From the IMG/VR virus record IMGVR_UViG_2582581022_000006: DNA of 35,543 bases; one strand, given 5' to 3'. The notes beneath the pieces were generated by a model, which saw only the letters and a program-made list of their open reading frames with translations, searched no databases and had not been told where the DNA came from. Origin of the DNA: a virus (taxonomy: Duplodnaviria > Heunggongvirae > Uroviricota > Caudoviricetes). Positions 16,338-26,816 of this stretch are shown here, piece by piece. The position numbers and the translations under genes are program-made. Positions within the stretch are counted from its first letter, which is position 1. Every line of letters starts with the position of its first letter.

Positions 16338-17929
16338 CAAAATCATCCGGAGTGATTTTAAACGCCGCTGGCGGCGGCCCCGAAGGGATGAGTCCCATGG
16401 ACGGGAGGAATAACCTTGCTCCCGTTTTGCCTGATACCTCGGCGCTGGATGCCCCTCCCGTTCTGTTGCCTTACCAGCAGCGCTGGGTGGCAGACACCTC
16501 TCCGCTTAAGGTGATAGAAAAGAGCCGTCGTACCGGTATTACATGGGCTGAGGCATCCGATAACGTACTGACCGCCGCCTCTTCTGCGCCAGCAGGCGGG
16601 ATGAATGTGTATTACATCGCTTATAACCAGGACATGACCGTCGAATACATTCAGGCGTGTGCGATGTGGGCACGGGCATTCAACTATGCGGCCAGTGAAA
16701 TTGAAGAAGGATTCTGGGAAGAGGACGACGACGACAAACACATCAGGACTTACACCATCAAATTTCCTGACTCCGGCTTTCGTATTGTTGCGCTCTCCAG
16801 CCGCCCGTCTAACCTGCGTGGCCGTCAGGGTATTATTGTTATCGACGAAGCGGCGTTCCATGAGCAACTGGACGAACTGCTGAAAGCGGCGCTGGCGATG
16901 CTTATCTGGGGGGGAAAGGTACGCGTTATCTCCACCCATAACGGTGACGACAATCCGTTCAATACGCTTATCGGGGATATCCGTGCCGGACGTCAGGGAG
17001 GCAGCATACATCGCATCACTTTCCGGGAAGCCGTATCTGAGGGGCTGTTCCGGCGCGTCTGTCTGCGCACCGGGAAGGAATGGTCGGAGGCATCCGAGCA
17101 GGCCTGGATGGCATCGGTGTACAAATTCTACGGTGCCGGCGCATCCGAAGAGCTTGACTGTATTCCGGCCAACGGTGGCGGTGCCTGGCTGTCCCGTGCC
17201 CTGATAGAGTCCCGCATGTCCGCTGATACGCCGGTATTGCGTCTGACCTGCAAGGAAGGTTATGAACTGCTGTCTGATGAGGTTCGCTTCCGCGAGACGC
17301 AGGACTGGCTTGATGAGTATCTGAAACCCTTGCTGGAGGCACTCCCCACTGATGCCCGCTCTTTCCTGGGGCGCGACTTTGGCCGTAGCGGTGATTTGTC
17401 GGTGGACTATCCCCTGCTGCAGGAGAAGAACCTGGTACGACGCGTGCCATTCGTACTGGAGCTGCGTAACGTGCCGTTCAGACAGCAGGAGCAAATCACC
17501 TGGTATCTGATGGATGGCCTGCCCGGTCTGCTGGGTGCAGCGTTTGATGCCCGTGGTAATGGTGCCTATCTGGCTGAATACGCCATGCAGCGCTACGGCT
17601 CCAGCCGGGTTCAGCAGGTGATGCCAACCGAAGGCTGGTACCGGGAGCATATGCCTCCGGTCAAAGCTGCACTGGAAGACGGTAACCTGGTGGACTTACC
17701 AAAGGATGAAGACACACTGGATGACCTGCGGGCCGTTCAGGTGGTGAACGGTGTCCCCCGCGTACCGGAGCAACGCTCAAAAGCAAAGGCTGACGGTGGT
17801 AAACGCCACGGGGATTCAGCCATCGCACTGGCGCTGGCGTATTTCGCCAGCCGTGAAATTAACAAAGGGCCGGTGAAGGCAAGCTCACGCCGTCGTCGTC
17901 AGGCGGCCCGTATGCTGGAGGGATTCTGA
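16334..17929 (+). CDS. Terminase large subunit (Mu gp28-like)
   Basis: 531 aa; Walker B-like GIIVIDEAAF; position upstream of the portal. Confidence 0.75.
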   Translation: MTKSSGVILNAAGGGPEGMSPMDGRNNLAPVLPDTSALDAPPVLLPYQQRWVADTSPLKVIEKSRRTGITWAEASDNVLTAASSAPAGGMNVYYIAYNQDMTVEYIQACAMWARAFNYAASEIEEGFWEEDDDDKHIRTYTIKFPDSGFRIVALSSRPSNLRGRQGIIVIDEAAFHEQLDELLKAALAMLIWGGKVRVISTHNGDDNPFNTLIGDIRAGRQGGSIHRITFREAVSEGLFRRVCLRTGKEWSEASEQAWMASVYKFYGAGASEELDCIPANGGGAWLSRALIESRMSADTPVLRLTCKEGYELLSDEVRFRETQDWLDEYLKPLLEALPTDARSFLGRDFGRSGDLSVDYPLLQEKNLVRRVPFVLELRNVPFRQQEQITWYLMDGLPGLLGAAFDARGNGAYLAEYAMQRYGSSRVQQVMPTEGWYREHMPPVKAALEDGNLVDLPKDEDTLDDLRAVQVVNGVPRVPEQRSKAKADGGKRHGDSAIALALAYFASREINKGPVKASSRRRRQAARMLEGF

Positions 17930-19425
17930 TGGCGAGGGGTATCTGGGTTTCACCCGATGAATTTGTTGCTTTTTCTGAGCCTCAGAAATCACTGACCGCG
18001 CAGATTGCCTCCCGCAGCCGCGCGATCGACTTTTACGGACTGGGCATGTATCTGCCCAATCCTGATCCCATTCTCAAGGCTCAGGGACGGGATATCCGTA
18101 TCTACCGCGAACTGCGCACCGACCCGCTGGTCGGGGGCTGTATCCGCAGACGTAAAGCAGCGCTTAAATCGCTGGAGCGTGGACTGGAGCGTGGTCACGC
18201 CTCTGCCCGGGTCTTCCGTTTCATCCGCGACATGCTCGACGATCTGGATCTGTCCCGCATCATCGGTGAAATGAGCGATGCCGTGCTCTACGGGTATCAG
18301 CCCTGTGAAATCATGTGGGGCCGTTCGGTCAGGTCGTGGGCGGTGACGGATATTGTCGGCAAACCGCCTGAGTGGTTTCAGTTTGATACGGACAACTGCC
18401 TGCGCTTCCGGGCGCGTGATGCGGGTGTGGAGGGTGAGCTGCTGTCACCGTCAAAATTCGTGGTGCCGGCACAGGATGCCTCGTATGACAATCCTTACGG
18501 TTTCCCGGACCTGTCCATGTGCTTCTGGCCGGTCGCCTTCAAGAAAGGCGGGATGAAATTCTGGCTCCGCTTTGCCGAAAAGTTTGGCTCCCCGTGGGTG
18601 ATCGGTAAGCACCCGAGGGGTGCAAATGATGCAGAGATTGAAAAACTGCTGGACTCCATGGAGCAGATGGTGGAGGACGCGGTGGCCGCCATCCCCGATG
18701 ACAGCAGCATCGAACTCAAAGCCGCGGATGGTAAGGCGGACAGCAGCGAGGTATTCCGCGAGCTGATCACACTGTCACGCAGTGAGATCTCCATTGCATT
18801 ACTCGGTCAGAATCAGACCACGGAAGCGAACAGTAACAAGGCCTCTGCACAGGCCGGGCTGGAGGTAACGGCTGATATCCGCGATGCGGATGCGGACATC
18901 ATTCAGGCGGCAGTGAATCAGGTCATCAGAACGGTGGTCACCCTGAACTTCGGCGATGTGCCGTGTCCGGTCTGGGCCATGTGGGAACAGGAGGCCATTG
19001 ATGACACCCGTGCCACCCGCGACGAAAAACTCACCCGGGCGGGTCTGCGTCTGACCCCGCAGTACTTCAAGCGTGAGTACCAACTGCAGGACGGCGATAT
19101 TGACGAGACACCACCGTCGGAACGACAGAATAACATGCTGCCGCTGTCATTTGCCGAGGCGATTGATGCTGATATTCAGGCTCAGCAGCAGCTTGACGAC
19201 GCGCTGGACATTCTGATGAACGGAGGCGCGTTAAATGGCACGCTGGAACCCGTCCTGGCACCTCTGTTCAGGCGGGTCGAAAATGGGGTTAACCCGTCTG
19301 AGCTGCTGGGCGAACTGGCGGAGCTCTACCCTCAGATGAACACGGACGATCTGCAGGAGCGGCTGGCCCGCATTCTCTTTGTGACAAATATCTGGGGGCG
19401 TCTGCATGAGCGTGACAACGGCTGA
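17929..19425 (+). CDS. Portal protein (Mu gp29-like)
   Basis: 498 aa, start overlaps the terminase stop; assigned by size and gene order. Confidence 0.7.
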   Translation: MARGIWVSPDEFVAFSEPQKSLTAQIASRSRAIDFYGLGMYLPNPDPILKAQGRDIRIYRELRTDPLVGGCIRRRKAALKSLERGLERGHASARVFRFIRDMLDDLDLSRIIGEMSDAVLYGYQPCEIMWGRSVRSWAVTDIVGKPPEWFQFDTDNCLRFRARDAGVEGELLSPSKFVVPAQDASYDNPYGFPDLSMCFWPVAFKKGGMKFWLRFAEKFGSPWVIGKHPRGANDAEIEKLLDSMEQMVEDAVAAIPDDSSIELKAADGKADSSEVFRELITLSRSEISIALLGQNQTTEANSNKASAQAGLEVTADIRDADADIIQAAVNQVIRTVVTLNFGDVPCPVWAMWEQEAIDDTRATRDEKLTRAGLRLTPQYFKREYQLQDGDIDETPPSERQNNMLPLSFAEAIDADIQAQQQLDDALDILMNGGALNGTLEPVLAPLFRRVENGVNPSELLGELAELYPQMNTDDLQERLARILFVTNIWGRLHERDNG

Positions 19426-20227
19426 ACTGGCGTACTGCATGACGCTTCCCCCGAAGCGGGCAATCAACTACCTGAAGTCCAAAGGGTATCAGATTACCTG
19501 GGACTGGGAAGAAATGTGGCAGGAGGCCCATGCCCGCGCCTTTACCGTTGCTAAAGTGACCCGCCTGGATATCCTGGAAGATATTCGCGGGGCACTGCAG
19601 CAGGCTGTCGATGAAGGAAAAACCGATCGCTGGTTCCGGCAGGAGCTGGAGCCGGTGCTGAAGCGTAAGGGATGGTGGGGACCACGTGACACGACTGACC
19701 CGGTAACGGGTGAGCCAGTCACCATTCAGCAGGGCAGTCCGTGGCGGCTCGATACCATCTTTCGCACCAATATGTCCGTACTCTACAGCGCCGGTCGTTG
19801 GGCGGAACAGATGGAAAACGTCGACGACAGGCCGTACTGGATGTATACCGGCATCAACGACAGCCATACCCGCAGGAGCCATCTGGCGCTGCATGGTCTG
19901 GTGCTGCGCTGGGATGACCCGTTCTGGCAGGCATTTTACCCGCCGAACGGCTGGCGCTGCCGCTGTAGTGTGATTGCCCTGAGTGCGGCGGATGTACGTG
20001 CCCGTGGCCTGAAGGTTATCAGCTCCGGCTCTGCCATGGGCCAGGAACTGAAACTGGTCTCAGAGAAAACCGGCGAAATGCGGAACGTGGCCACCTTTAA
20101 TACCGGCACCACGAAGGTGACCACCGACGTCGGCTGGTCTTATGCACCGGGGGCAGCATACCGTCCCGACCTGGCCCGCTATCAGGGTACGCTTCAGCCA
20201 CTGGCACAACAGGAACTGAGAGGATAA
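19406..20227 (+). CDS. Head morphogenesis protein (Mu F-like)
   Basis: 273 aa, immediately after the portal; assigned by gene order. Confidence 0.6.
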   Translation: MSVTTAELAYCMTLPPKRAINYLKSKGYQITWDWEEMWQEAHARAFTVAKVTRLDILEDIRGALQQAVDEGKTDRWFRQELEPVLKRKGWWGPRDTTDPVTGEPVTIQQGSPWRLDTIFRTNMSVLYSAGRWAEQMENVDDRPYWMYTGINDSHTRRSHLALHGLVLRWDDPFWQAFYPPNGWRCRCSVIALSAADVRARGLKVISSGSAMGQELKLVSEKTGEMRNVATFNTGTTKVTTDVGWSYAPGAAYRPDLARYQGTLQPLAQQELRG

Positions 20228-20229
20228 CA

Positions 20230-20688
20230 ATGGCTTCCGATAACCTGGTCAGTATCACCATTAACGATAAATCCCTGCGCCGGAGCCTCCGTGCGCTGGA
20301 TCTTGCTGCCACAGACCTGGAGCCCGCGATGCGCAAAATTGCCGGAACCCTGCTGGCGGAAACACAGTTTAACTTTCTTGATGAGGGGCGTCCGGGGTGG
20401 ATGCCCTCGCTGGCAGCGGAAGAGCGTGACGGGCAGACACTGCAGGATACCGGGCGTCTGATGGGGTCAGTATCAACCGACCATGACGACCGGCAGGCTG
20501 TTGTGGGGACCAACGTTGTTTACGGTGCCATTCACCAGTTCGGGGGTAAAACGGGGCGTAATGAGTCTGTTGAACTTCCGGCCCGCCCGTTCCTGCCGGT
20601 GACGGGGGATGGAGAACTACAGCCTGAAGTGGTAATCCCCATCCTCGATACCATTGTCCGCCATCTTGAATCAGCGGCCCGTCGCTGA
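20230..20688 (+). CDS. Virion morphogenesis protein (Mu G-like)
   Basis: 152 aa following the F-like gene. Confidence 0.55.
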   Translation: MASDNLVSITINDKSLRRSLRALDLAATDLEPAMRKIAGTLLAETQFNFLDEGRPGWMPSLAAEERDGQTLQDTGRLMGSVSTDHDDRQAVVGTNVVYGAIHQFGGKTGRNESVELPARPFLPVTGDGELQPEVVIPILDTIVRHLESAARR

Positions 20689-20902
20689 GTTTTCTCTCTT
20701 CAGGCGGGTGATTTATCATTGCCAGCGAATGAGGGGCTGTATTACCTTTATAAAGGCTTTACAGCCTCTGTTTTATAACCGCCTCCGGTTCACCGTATTG
20801 CTTTCCCTGTCCTTCTCCCCTGATGTTTTCTAAAGCAGATTAAAATCGCCGGGCCTGCATTTCTCACAAACTGTCTCCGACAACATAACGCGGGACAGCA
20901 AA
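20689..20902. promoter_or_regulatory. Non-coding gap upstream of the protease/scaffold gene; candidate late promoter (Mu PI position)
   Basis: 214-bp gap inside an otherwise tightly packed late array; small hairpin AGGCTttacAGCCT; TATAAA-like elements. Confidence 0.4.
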
Positions 20903-22018
20903 ATGTCAGCCATTCACATTTTTAAAGCCGGTACTCATACCGATATGCACGGCAAAAAACTGCCGTTCACGCCAGACGATCTTGCCGCCTGCGTGAAAGC
21001 CTATGACCCGTCCGTCCATGAAGCACCACTCGTGATTGGTCATCCCAGAACGGAAGACCCGGCGTGGGGCTGGGTGAAAGCCCTGTCGCTCAGCGGCGTC
21101 GATCTGATGGCAGAGCCTGCCCAGCTGGACCCGCAGTTTGCTGAGATGGTCACCGACGGACGATTCAAAAAAGTGTCCGCCTCTTTCTACCTCCCGGATT
21201 CACCGTCCAATCCGAAGCCCGGCGTGCTCTACCTGCGCCATGTGGGCTTTCTCGGGGCACAGCCACCTTCCGTCAAGGGGCTGAAACAGGTGTCCTTCAG
21301 TGAGCAGGAAGAAGGTGTGGTGGAGTTCGCCGACTGGCAGGCCATCACGAATGCCTCCCTGTGGGGAAAGCTGCGCGATTTTCTGATCGCCCGCTTCAGT
21401 CTGGACGAAGCAGAAAAAGTCCTGCCGGAATGGCAGCTCAACAATCTGCGCGAAGAGGCGTACCGCGACACACCGTCGCAGGATGCAGCAGGTGCGCAAT
21501 TCAGTGAGACAGGCCAGGTGCCGTCTTCCGCAAGTAACGAGGAATCATCGATGACAAAAGAAGAGATTGAAGCCCTTCAGGAGGAGAACCGCCGCCTGAA
21601 GCAGCAGGCTGCTGATCGCGATGCGCGTGATGCACAGGTCAGACAGGAGCAACTGCATAAGGACAATGTGGCCTTTGCAGAAAAACTGGTCGCAGAGGGC
21701 CGTCTGGCTCCCCGCGCATCCTCCGTGGTGGTTGCCCTGCTGGATGCCGTCGCCGGTGGCGACAAGCCGGTGGAGTTTGCTGAGGGGGAAAGCCGCACAC
21801 CGCTGGCCACCGCCTTTCGTTCATTGCTCTCCGACGGGGAGCCGGTGATGAATTTCGCCGAACAGGCCACAAAAGAGCGTGTCGGCGACACGGTGAAGGT
21901 GGATGTGGCAGAGTTTGCGGAAGCCGATCCTGAGCGTCTGGCCCTGCATCAGAAAGCAGTGGCCCTGTCCAAAAAAGAAGGCATCAGCTATGAGGCTGCT
22001 GTCGCACGCTGCCTGTAA
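20903..22018 (+). CDS. Head maturation protease / scaffold (Mu I-like)
   Basis: 371 aa; C-terminal coiled-coil scaffold-like segment (EEIEALQEENRRLKQQAADRDARDAQ); directly upstream of the major head gene. Confidence 0.65.
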   Translation: MSAIHIFKAGTHTDMHGKKLPFTPDDLAACVKAYDPSVHEAPLVIGHPRTEDPAWGWVKALSLSGVDLMAEPAQLDPQFAEMVTDGRFKKVSASFYLPDSPSNPKPGVLYLRHVGFLGAQPPSVKGLKQVSFSEQEEGVVEFADWQAITNASLWGKLRDFLIARFSLDEAEKVLPEWQLNNLREEAYRDTPSQDAAGAQFSETGQVPSSASNEESSMTKEEIEALQEENRRLKQQAADRDARDAQVRQEQLHKDNVAFAEKLVAEGRLAPRASSVVVALLDAVAGGDKPVEFAEGESRTPLATAFRSLLSDGEPVMNFAEQATKERVGDTVKVDVAEFAEADPERLALHQKAVALSKKEGISYEAAVARCL

Positions 22019-22032
22019 TTTAAGGAGAGAGC

Positions 22033-22986
22033 ATGTCTGATTACTTAAAAGGTAAACGTGTCGTTGATCCGGTACTGACCAGTATCGCCCGTGGCTATAA
22101 AAATGCCGCATTCATCGGCGAACGTATTTTCCCCGTCGTGCTGACGGACAAGGAAGGCGTGCGTGTACCGACCTTCGGGAAAACCGCCTTTGTGGAATAT
22201 GACACCGAGCGTGCCGTCGGGGCGGACAGCAATGTTCTGGTCCGTGAAAAAACAGGCACGCTGGACCTGGTGCTGGGTGAACACGATCTGGCTGCGCCGG
22301 TGGACTATCGCGAGCAGGCGGAGTCCATGTTTAACGAAGAGAGCAAGGCCATCCGTCGCGCCACGAATGGCGTGAACCTGCGCCGTGAACTTATCGCTGC
22401 CCGTCTGGCTCAGGATGAAAAGGTCTACCGTACCGGGCACGTCAAAAAACTGACAGCCAGTGATCGCTGGGCCGGTGGTAAGGGGGACCCCATCGGGGTG
22501 ATTGAAGCCGGTATGGAAGCGGTCCGTACGGCCACGGGGCTGCGTCCTAACCTGATGACCATGGGGGCCGGCGTGATGGCGCTGCTGAAGTTCCACCCGG
22601 CGATTCAGGCCGCCATCGGAGCCAACGAACGCAAGCGCATCACCACAGAAATCCTGCAGGACCTCTTTCAGATCGAAGAGATCGTCATCGGTGCCCCAGT
22701 CTCCCTGCCGTCCATGAAAGCGGCAATGGATAAGAACAGCGTGCCGGCGGATATCTGGGGAGACAATCTGATGCTGCACTATGTCGGCAAACCGCAGCCG
22801 GGGGCGGACAGCGCGGACGAGAACGAGCCGTCCTTCGGCTACACCCTGCGTCGTAAGGAGATGCCTGTTGCCGACAAATACGACGGAGCCGGTGGCAAGG
22901 TGAAGTACTGCCGTTATACCGATATCTACAAAGTCGCCGTGGTTGGTGGCGATGCCGGGTATCTCATTACCGGTATCAGTAAATAA
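22033..22986 (+). CDS. Major head (capsid) protein (Mu T-like)
   Basis: 317 aa with strong RBS AAGGAGA; assigned by position and size. Confidence 0.7.
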   Translation: MSDYLKGKRVVDPVLTSIARGYKNAAFIGERIFPVVLTDKEGVRVPTFGKTAFVEYDTERAVGADSNVLVREKTGTLDLVLGEHDLAAPVDYREQAESMFNEESKAIRRATNGVNLRRELIAARLAQDEKVYRTGHVKKLTASDRWAGGKGDPIGVIEAGMEAVRTATGLRPNLMTMGAGVMALLKFHPAIQAAIGANERKRITTEILQDLFQIEEIVIGAPVSLPSMKAAMDKNSVPADIWGDNLMLHYVGKPQPGADSADENEPSFGYTLRRKEMPVADKYDGAGGKVKYCRYTDIYKVAVVGGDAGYLITGISK

Positions 22987-22995
22987 GGAGGCGTT

Positions 22996-23334
22996 ATGGG
23001 AACCACTCAGCAGGTCATTCTGATCACAACCGTAACGGCAGGGGCAGCACTGGCACAGCAGCGTTTTGTCGGGGCAGATAATACCCCCTGTAAAGCCGGT
23101 GCCGCAGCGCTCGGGGTTGCCGAAGTGGATGCTGTTACCGGCGACAGCACGCCGGTGAGCGTTCTGGGCATTATTGCTGTCGAGGCCGGGGCCGCTGTCA
23201 GCCGTGGTGTGGCTGTTCAGTCAGATGCTCAGGCCAGAGCCGTGCCGCAGTCCGGCGACGGTAAATCCTGTGGTATTGCACTTGATGAAGCCGGGGGTGA
23301 AGGCGACGTCATTCGTATCCTGCGCGGGGTGTGA
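22996..23334 (+). CDS. Small Gly/Ala-rich head-associated protein (112 aa)
   Basis: RBS AAGGAGG upstream; low-complexity Ala/Gly/Val composition. Confidence 0.5.
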   Translation: MGTTQQVILITTVTAGAALAQQRFVGADNTPCKAGAAALGVAEVDAVTGDSTPVSVLGIIAVEAGAAVSRGVAVQSDAQARAVPQSGDGKSCGIALDEAGGEGDVIRILRGV

Positions 23335-23335
23335 C

Positions 23336-23782
23336 ATGTACTGCACCCTGGAGGATTTGCTTGCGCAGGTGCCGGAGCGGACGCTTATCGAGCTCACCAG
23401 TGAAGAGATGGACTTCGACTCGCCTGCAACAGTGAATACCCGTGTGGTGGACAGCTGTATCCGCTATGCCGACGAGCTGATTGATGCCCATCTGCGCGGA
23501 CGCTATATCCTGCCACTGGCAGAGATACCGACTGTTCTGCGGGACATTGCCATCACGCTGGTCCGTTACCGGCTCTACGCCCGCCGCCCGGAAGGTGACC
23601 TCCCGGATACGGTAAAGGATGACCACAAAGAAGCGCTGCGGCAACTCAGGGAGTTACGTGATAACAGGCTCACGCTGGGGCTGCCGTCCACTCAGAAAGA
23701 TGTGCCTGAGCCTGGCGAGTTTCGTGTACGCAGTCGCCCGGCCACTTTCGGCGGTCGTGACGGTTTACTGGAGAAATACTGA
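23336..23782 (+). CDS. Head-tail connector/completion protein (Mu gp36-like)
   Basis: 148 aa from ATG 23336; the track ORF 23174-23782 extends upstream across the previous gene. Confidence 0.5.
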   Translation: MYCTLEDLLAQVPERTLIELTSEEMDFDSPATVNTRVVDSCIRYADELIDAHLRGRYILPLAEIPTVLRDIAITLVRYRLYARRPEGDLPDTVKDDHKEALRQLRELRDNRLTLGLPSTQKDVPEPGEFRVRSRPATFGGRDGLLEKY

Positions 23783-24246
23783 TGAACGTTCTGCCCGTCC
23801 TTGATGCGGTACTGGCCCGGTTACGCGAGAAGCTGCCGCAACTGCAGGTGGAGTACTTCCCGGAGAAACCGGCTGAATATCGCCTGAACCATCCGGTTGG
23901 CGCGTTGCTGTTGAGCTATGCCGGTTCGCGCTTTGACAGGCCGGATGATACCGGTGCGGTGATCCAGTCTCAGACTATCCAGCTCTGCGTCACGGTGGTC
24001 TTCCGCCAGCTCAACGGTAAAAAAGGGGCGATTAATGTCCTGGATGCTGTCCGCCGCATTCTCGGTGGCCACACCCCGCCCGGCTGCCGCCGCCGTATCT
24101 GGCTGACCCGCGAGGTGTTTATCGGTGAAGTCAGGGGGCTGTGGCAGTACGCCCTCGACTTCGCGACTGAAAGCGTCTTTATCGAAGACAGCGATTTACC
24201 GTCCGGCCCGCTGTTAACCGAAGTGAACTATGAGGAAAGCGAGTGA
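23782..24246 (+). CDS. Head-tail joining protein (Mu gp37-like position)
   Basis: 154 aa, coupled to neighbours. Confidence 0.45.
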   Translation: MNVLPVLDAVLARLREKLPQLQVEYFPEKPAEYRLNHPVGALLLSYAGSRFDRPDDTGAVIQSQTIQLCVTVVFRQLNGKKGAINVLDAVRRILGGHTPPGCRRRIWLTREVFIGEVRGLWQYALDFATESVFIEDSDLPSGPLLTEVNYEESE

Positions 24247-24497
24247 TGAAAGAATACCGCTATTCCGGCCCGGCCAGCGGCGTCACGCTGTCGGACGGAA
24301 CCGAAATCCTGCTCTGGCCGGGGAAGACGGTTTCCCTGCCGGAGGAGCATGACTACGTGAAGGTACTGGTGGCGCTGAAACATCTGACGCCGGTACCTGA
24401 AGAGACTAAACCCGCCGGCACACCGGCTGTGCAGTCACCAAAGCGCAGAAGCAGCAGTGACAGCGAAGTGAAAACGGAGGACACCCATGGCAGCTAA
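24243..24497 (+). CDS. Hypothetical late protein (84 aa)
   Basis: Coupled small ORF immediately before the sheath gene. Confidence 0.45.
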   Translation: MMKEYRYSGPASGVTLSDGTEILLWPGKTVSLPEEHDYVKVLVALKHLTPVPEETKPAGTPAVQSPKRRSSSDSEVKTEDTHGS

Positions 24498-25914
24498 CTA
24501 TCTGCATGGTCCCGAAACCATTGAGGTGGAAAACGGTGCCCGCCCGGTTAAAACGGTGAAATCTGCCGTTATTGGCCTGATTGGTACCGCCCCGATGGGG
24601 GATGTCAATACGCTGGTACAGTGCCTGTCTGAGAAAGACGCAGCGGCATTTGGCAGCCAGTTCACCGGCTTTACCATTCCGCAGGCGCTGGATGCGATTT
24701 ATGACCATGGTGCAGGTACCGTTCTGGTCATTAACGTCCTCGACCCGGCGAAACATAAAACGGCGATCGAGGATGAGGTGGTTACCTTTGACAAATCGAC
24801 AGGGCAGGCCAGACTGGCGCATCCGGTTGTCGCTAATGTGGTGGTGAAAAACAGTGAAGGCAGCACCTCCCACACGGCGAACACGGACTACCGTGTTGAT
24901 GCGCAGGCGGGTGTGCTCACGAACCTGGGCAAGGCTATTGAGGCCGGTGGCAGCGTGAAGGTGAGCTATGAGTACGCGGACCCGTCGAAGGTGACTGCGG
25001 CGGACATCATCGGCGGGGTGAACAGCGCCGGAAACCGAACCGGCATGAAGCTGCTTAACGACAGCTTCAACCTGTACGGCTATTTCGCCAAAATTCTGAT
25101 TGCGCCGGTGTTCTGCACCCAGAAGAGTGTCGCAGTTGAGCTTATCGCCATGGCAGAGAAGCTGGGCGCGGTAACCTACATTGATGCGCCTGTCGGTACC
25201 ACCTTTGCACAGGCTCTGGCAGGTCGTGGCCCGGAAGGCACCATCAACTTCAATACCAGCTCCGACCGCGTCCGTCTGTGCTATCCGCATGTGAAGGTAT
25301 ATGACCCGGTGACAAACACAGAGCGTCTGGAGCCGCTCAGCCAGCGTGCAGCAGGTCTGCGTGCCAGAGTCGATCTGGACAAGGGCTACTGGTGGTCATC
25401 CTCCAATCAGGAGATTCTGGGGATCACCGGCGTGGAGCGCCAGCTGTCCGCGATGATTGATGACCCGCAGAGTGAGGTGAACCTGCTTAACGAACAGGGG
25501 ATCACCACGGTATTCAGCAGTTACGGCAGCGGCCTTCGTCTGTGGGGTAACCGGACGGCAGCATGGCCAACGGTCACCCATATGCGTAACTTTGAGAACG
25601 TTCGCCGCACCGGTGATGTGATCAACGAGTCCATTCGTTATTTCAGCCAGCAGTACATCGACATGCCGATTACTCAGGCGCTGATTGATGCACTGACGGA
25701 GTCGGTCAACGCCTACGGTCGCAAAATGACTGGTGATGGTGCGGTACTGGGCTTCCGTTGCTGGTTTGATCCGGCCCGCAATCCGGAGACGGAGCTGGCC
25801 GCCGGGCACCTGTTGCTGAGCTACAAATATACGCCACCACCGCCGCTGGAGCGACTGACGTTTGAGACTGAGATCACCTCGGAATACCTGTTAACCCTGA
25901 AAGGGGGCAACTGA
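24487..25914 (+). CDS. Tail sheath protein (Mu L-like)
   Basis: 475 aa, directly followed by the tube gene. Confidence 0.7.
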   Translation: MAANYLHGPETIEVENGARPVKTVKSAVIGLIGTAPMGDVNTLVQCLSEKDAAAFGSQFTGFTIPQALDAIYDHGAGTVLVINVLDPAKHKTAIEDEVVTFDKSTGQARLAHPVVANVVVKNSEGSTSHTANTDYRVDAQAGVLTNLGKAIEAGGSVKVSYEYADPSKVTAADIIGGVNSAGNRTGMKLLNDSFNLYGYFAKILIAPVFCTQKSVAVELIAMAEKLGAVTYIDAPVGTTFAQALAGRGPEGTINFNTSSDRVRLCYPHVKVYDPVTNTERLEPLSQRAAGLRARVDLDKGYWWSSSNQEILGITGVERQLSAMIDDPQSEVNLLNEQGITTVFSSYGSGLRLWGNRTAAWPTVTHMRNFENVRRTGDVINESIRYFSQQYIDMPITQALIDALTESVNAYGRKMTGDGAVLGFRCWFDPARNPETELAAGHLLLSYKYTPPPPLERLTFETEITSEYLLTLKGGN

Positions 25915-26435
25915 TGTCAAAGATTGAGATAAACCGCATCACGAATGCCAACATCTATCTGGATGGTACTAACCTGCTGGGACGGGCTGAGGAAGTTAAA
26001 CTCCCCGATGTCTCCATGATTATGCAGGAACACAAGGCGCTGGGGATGGTGGGTAAGGTGGAACTCCCGGCTGGTTTTGACAAACTGGAAGGCGAAATCA
26101 AATGGAACAGCTTTTACCGCGATGCGATGCTGTCTGCCGCGAACCCGTACAGGTCGCTGGCACTGCAGTGTCGTTCCAGCGTCCAGCGCTACAGCTCGCA
26201 GGGGCTGATTGACGAAATCCCGCTGGTCACCTTCCTGACGATTATGTTCAAGAAGAACCCGCTGGGGACGTTCAAACAGCACGAGAACGCCGAGTTCTCC
26301 AGTAGCTTCACCTGCACGTATATCAGACAGGTACTGGATGGTGAAGAGCTGCTGCAACTGGACTATCTGGCCAACATCTTCCGGGTCGGCGGTGTTGATC
26401 AACTGACTGACTACCGTATCAATATCGGGGGCTGA
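25914..26435 (+). CDS. Tail tube protein (Mu M-like)
   Basis: 173 aa following the sheath gene. Confidence 0.6.
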   Translation: MSKIEINRITNANIYLDGTNLLGRAEEVKLPDVSMIMQEHKALGMVGKVELPAGFDKLEGEIKWNSFYRDAMLSAANPYRSLALQCRSSVQRYSSQGLIDEIPLVTFLTIMFKKNPLGTFKQHENAEFSSSFTCTYIRQVLDGEELLQLDYLANIFRVGGVDQLTDYRINIGG

Positions 26436-26437
26436 CG

Positions 26438-26719
26438 GTGAGTGTTGAACTGACGGATAAAGGAGGACGATGTGCGGCACTGGGCATGTCAAATGGTACG
26501 TGGTTTACCCTCCTTGATATTCCGGGGGTGGAAACCCTTTTTAATACCCGTAAAACCAATGACCCGATTGACTGCACACGTTCAAAGGCCCGCAAACTGG
26601 CGGATTTGATTGAAGCATGGGAGCCTCCCGACCACTGGTTCTCCGGCACCGGCAAATCTGAGGGAAAGACGCTTCTCATCGCTTTCCTGCGTAACTGCAA
26701 GGGGTTTCGCACTTGCTGA
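26438..26719 (+). CDS. Hypothetical tail-region protein (93 aa)
   Basis: GTG-start ORF between tube and chaperone genes. Confidence 0.4.
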   Translation: MSVELTDKGGRCAALGMSNGTWFTLLDIPGVETLFNTRKTNDPIDCTRSKARKLADLIEAWEPPDHWFSGTGKSEGKTLLIAFLRNCKGFRTC

Positions 26720-26816
26720 CATCACAGGGGCTCCGGCCCCTTCTTCTTAATCTCCTTTAATATCCGTCACGCGCTTCTCCCGACATACTGCCCTGAACTT
26801 ACACAGGAGCACAATC

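Noticed and set aside
16358-17650. 430-aa ORF on the minus strand antisense to the large terminase gene
   Set aside because: Lies entirely inside a well-supported plus-strand gene in GC-rich DNA where long antisense frames arise by chance; no RBS context and a low-complexity Gly/Arg/Pro-rich translation.
22045-22779. 244-aa minus-strand ORF inside the major head gene
   Set aside because: Antisense to a tightly packed late gene; a composition artefact.
24406-25290. 294-aa minus-strand ORF inside the tail sheath gene
   Set aside because: Antisense to the sheath gene; Arg/Cys-rich artefactual translation.
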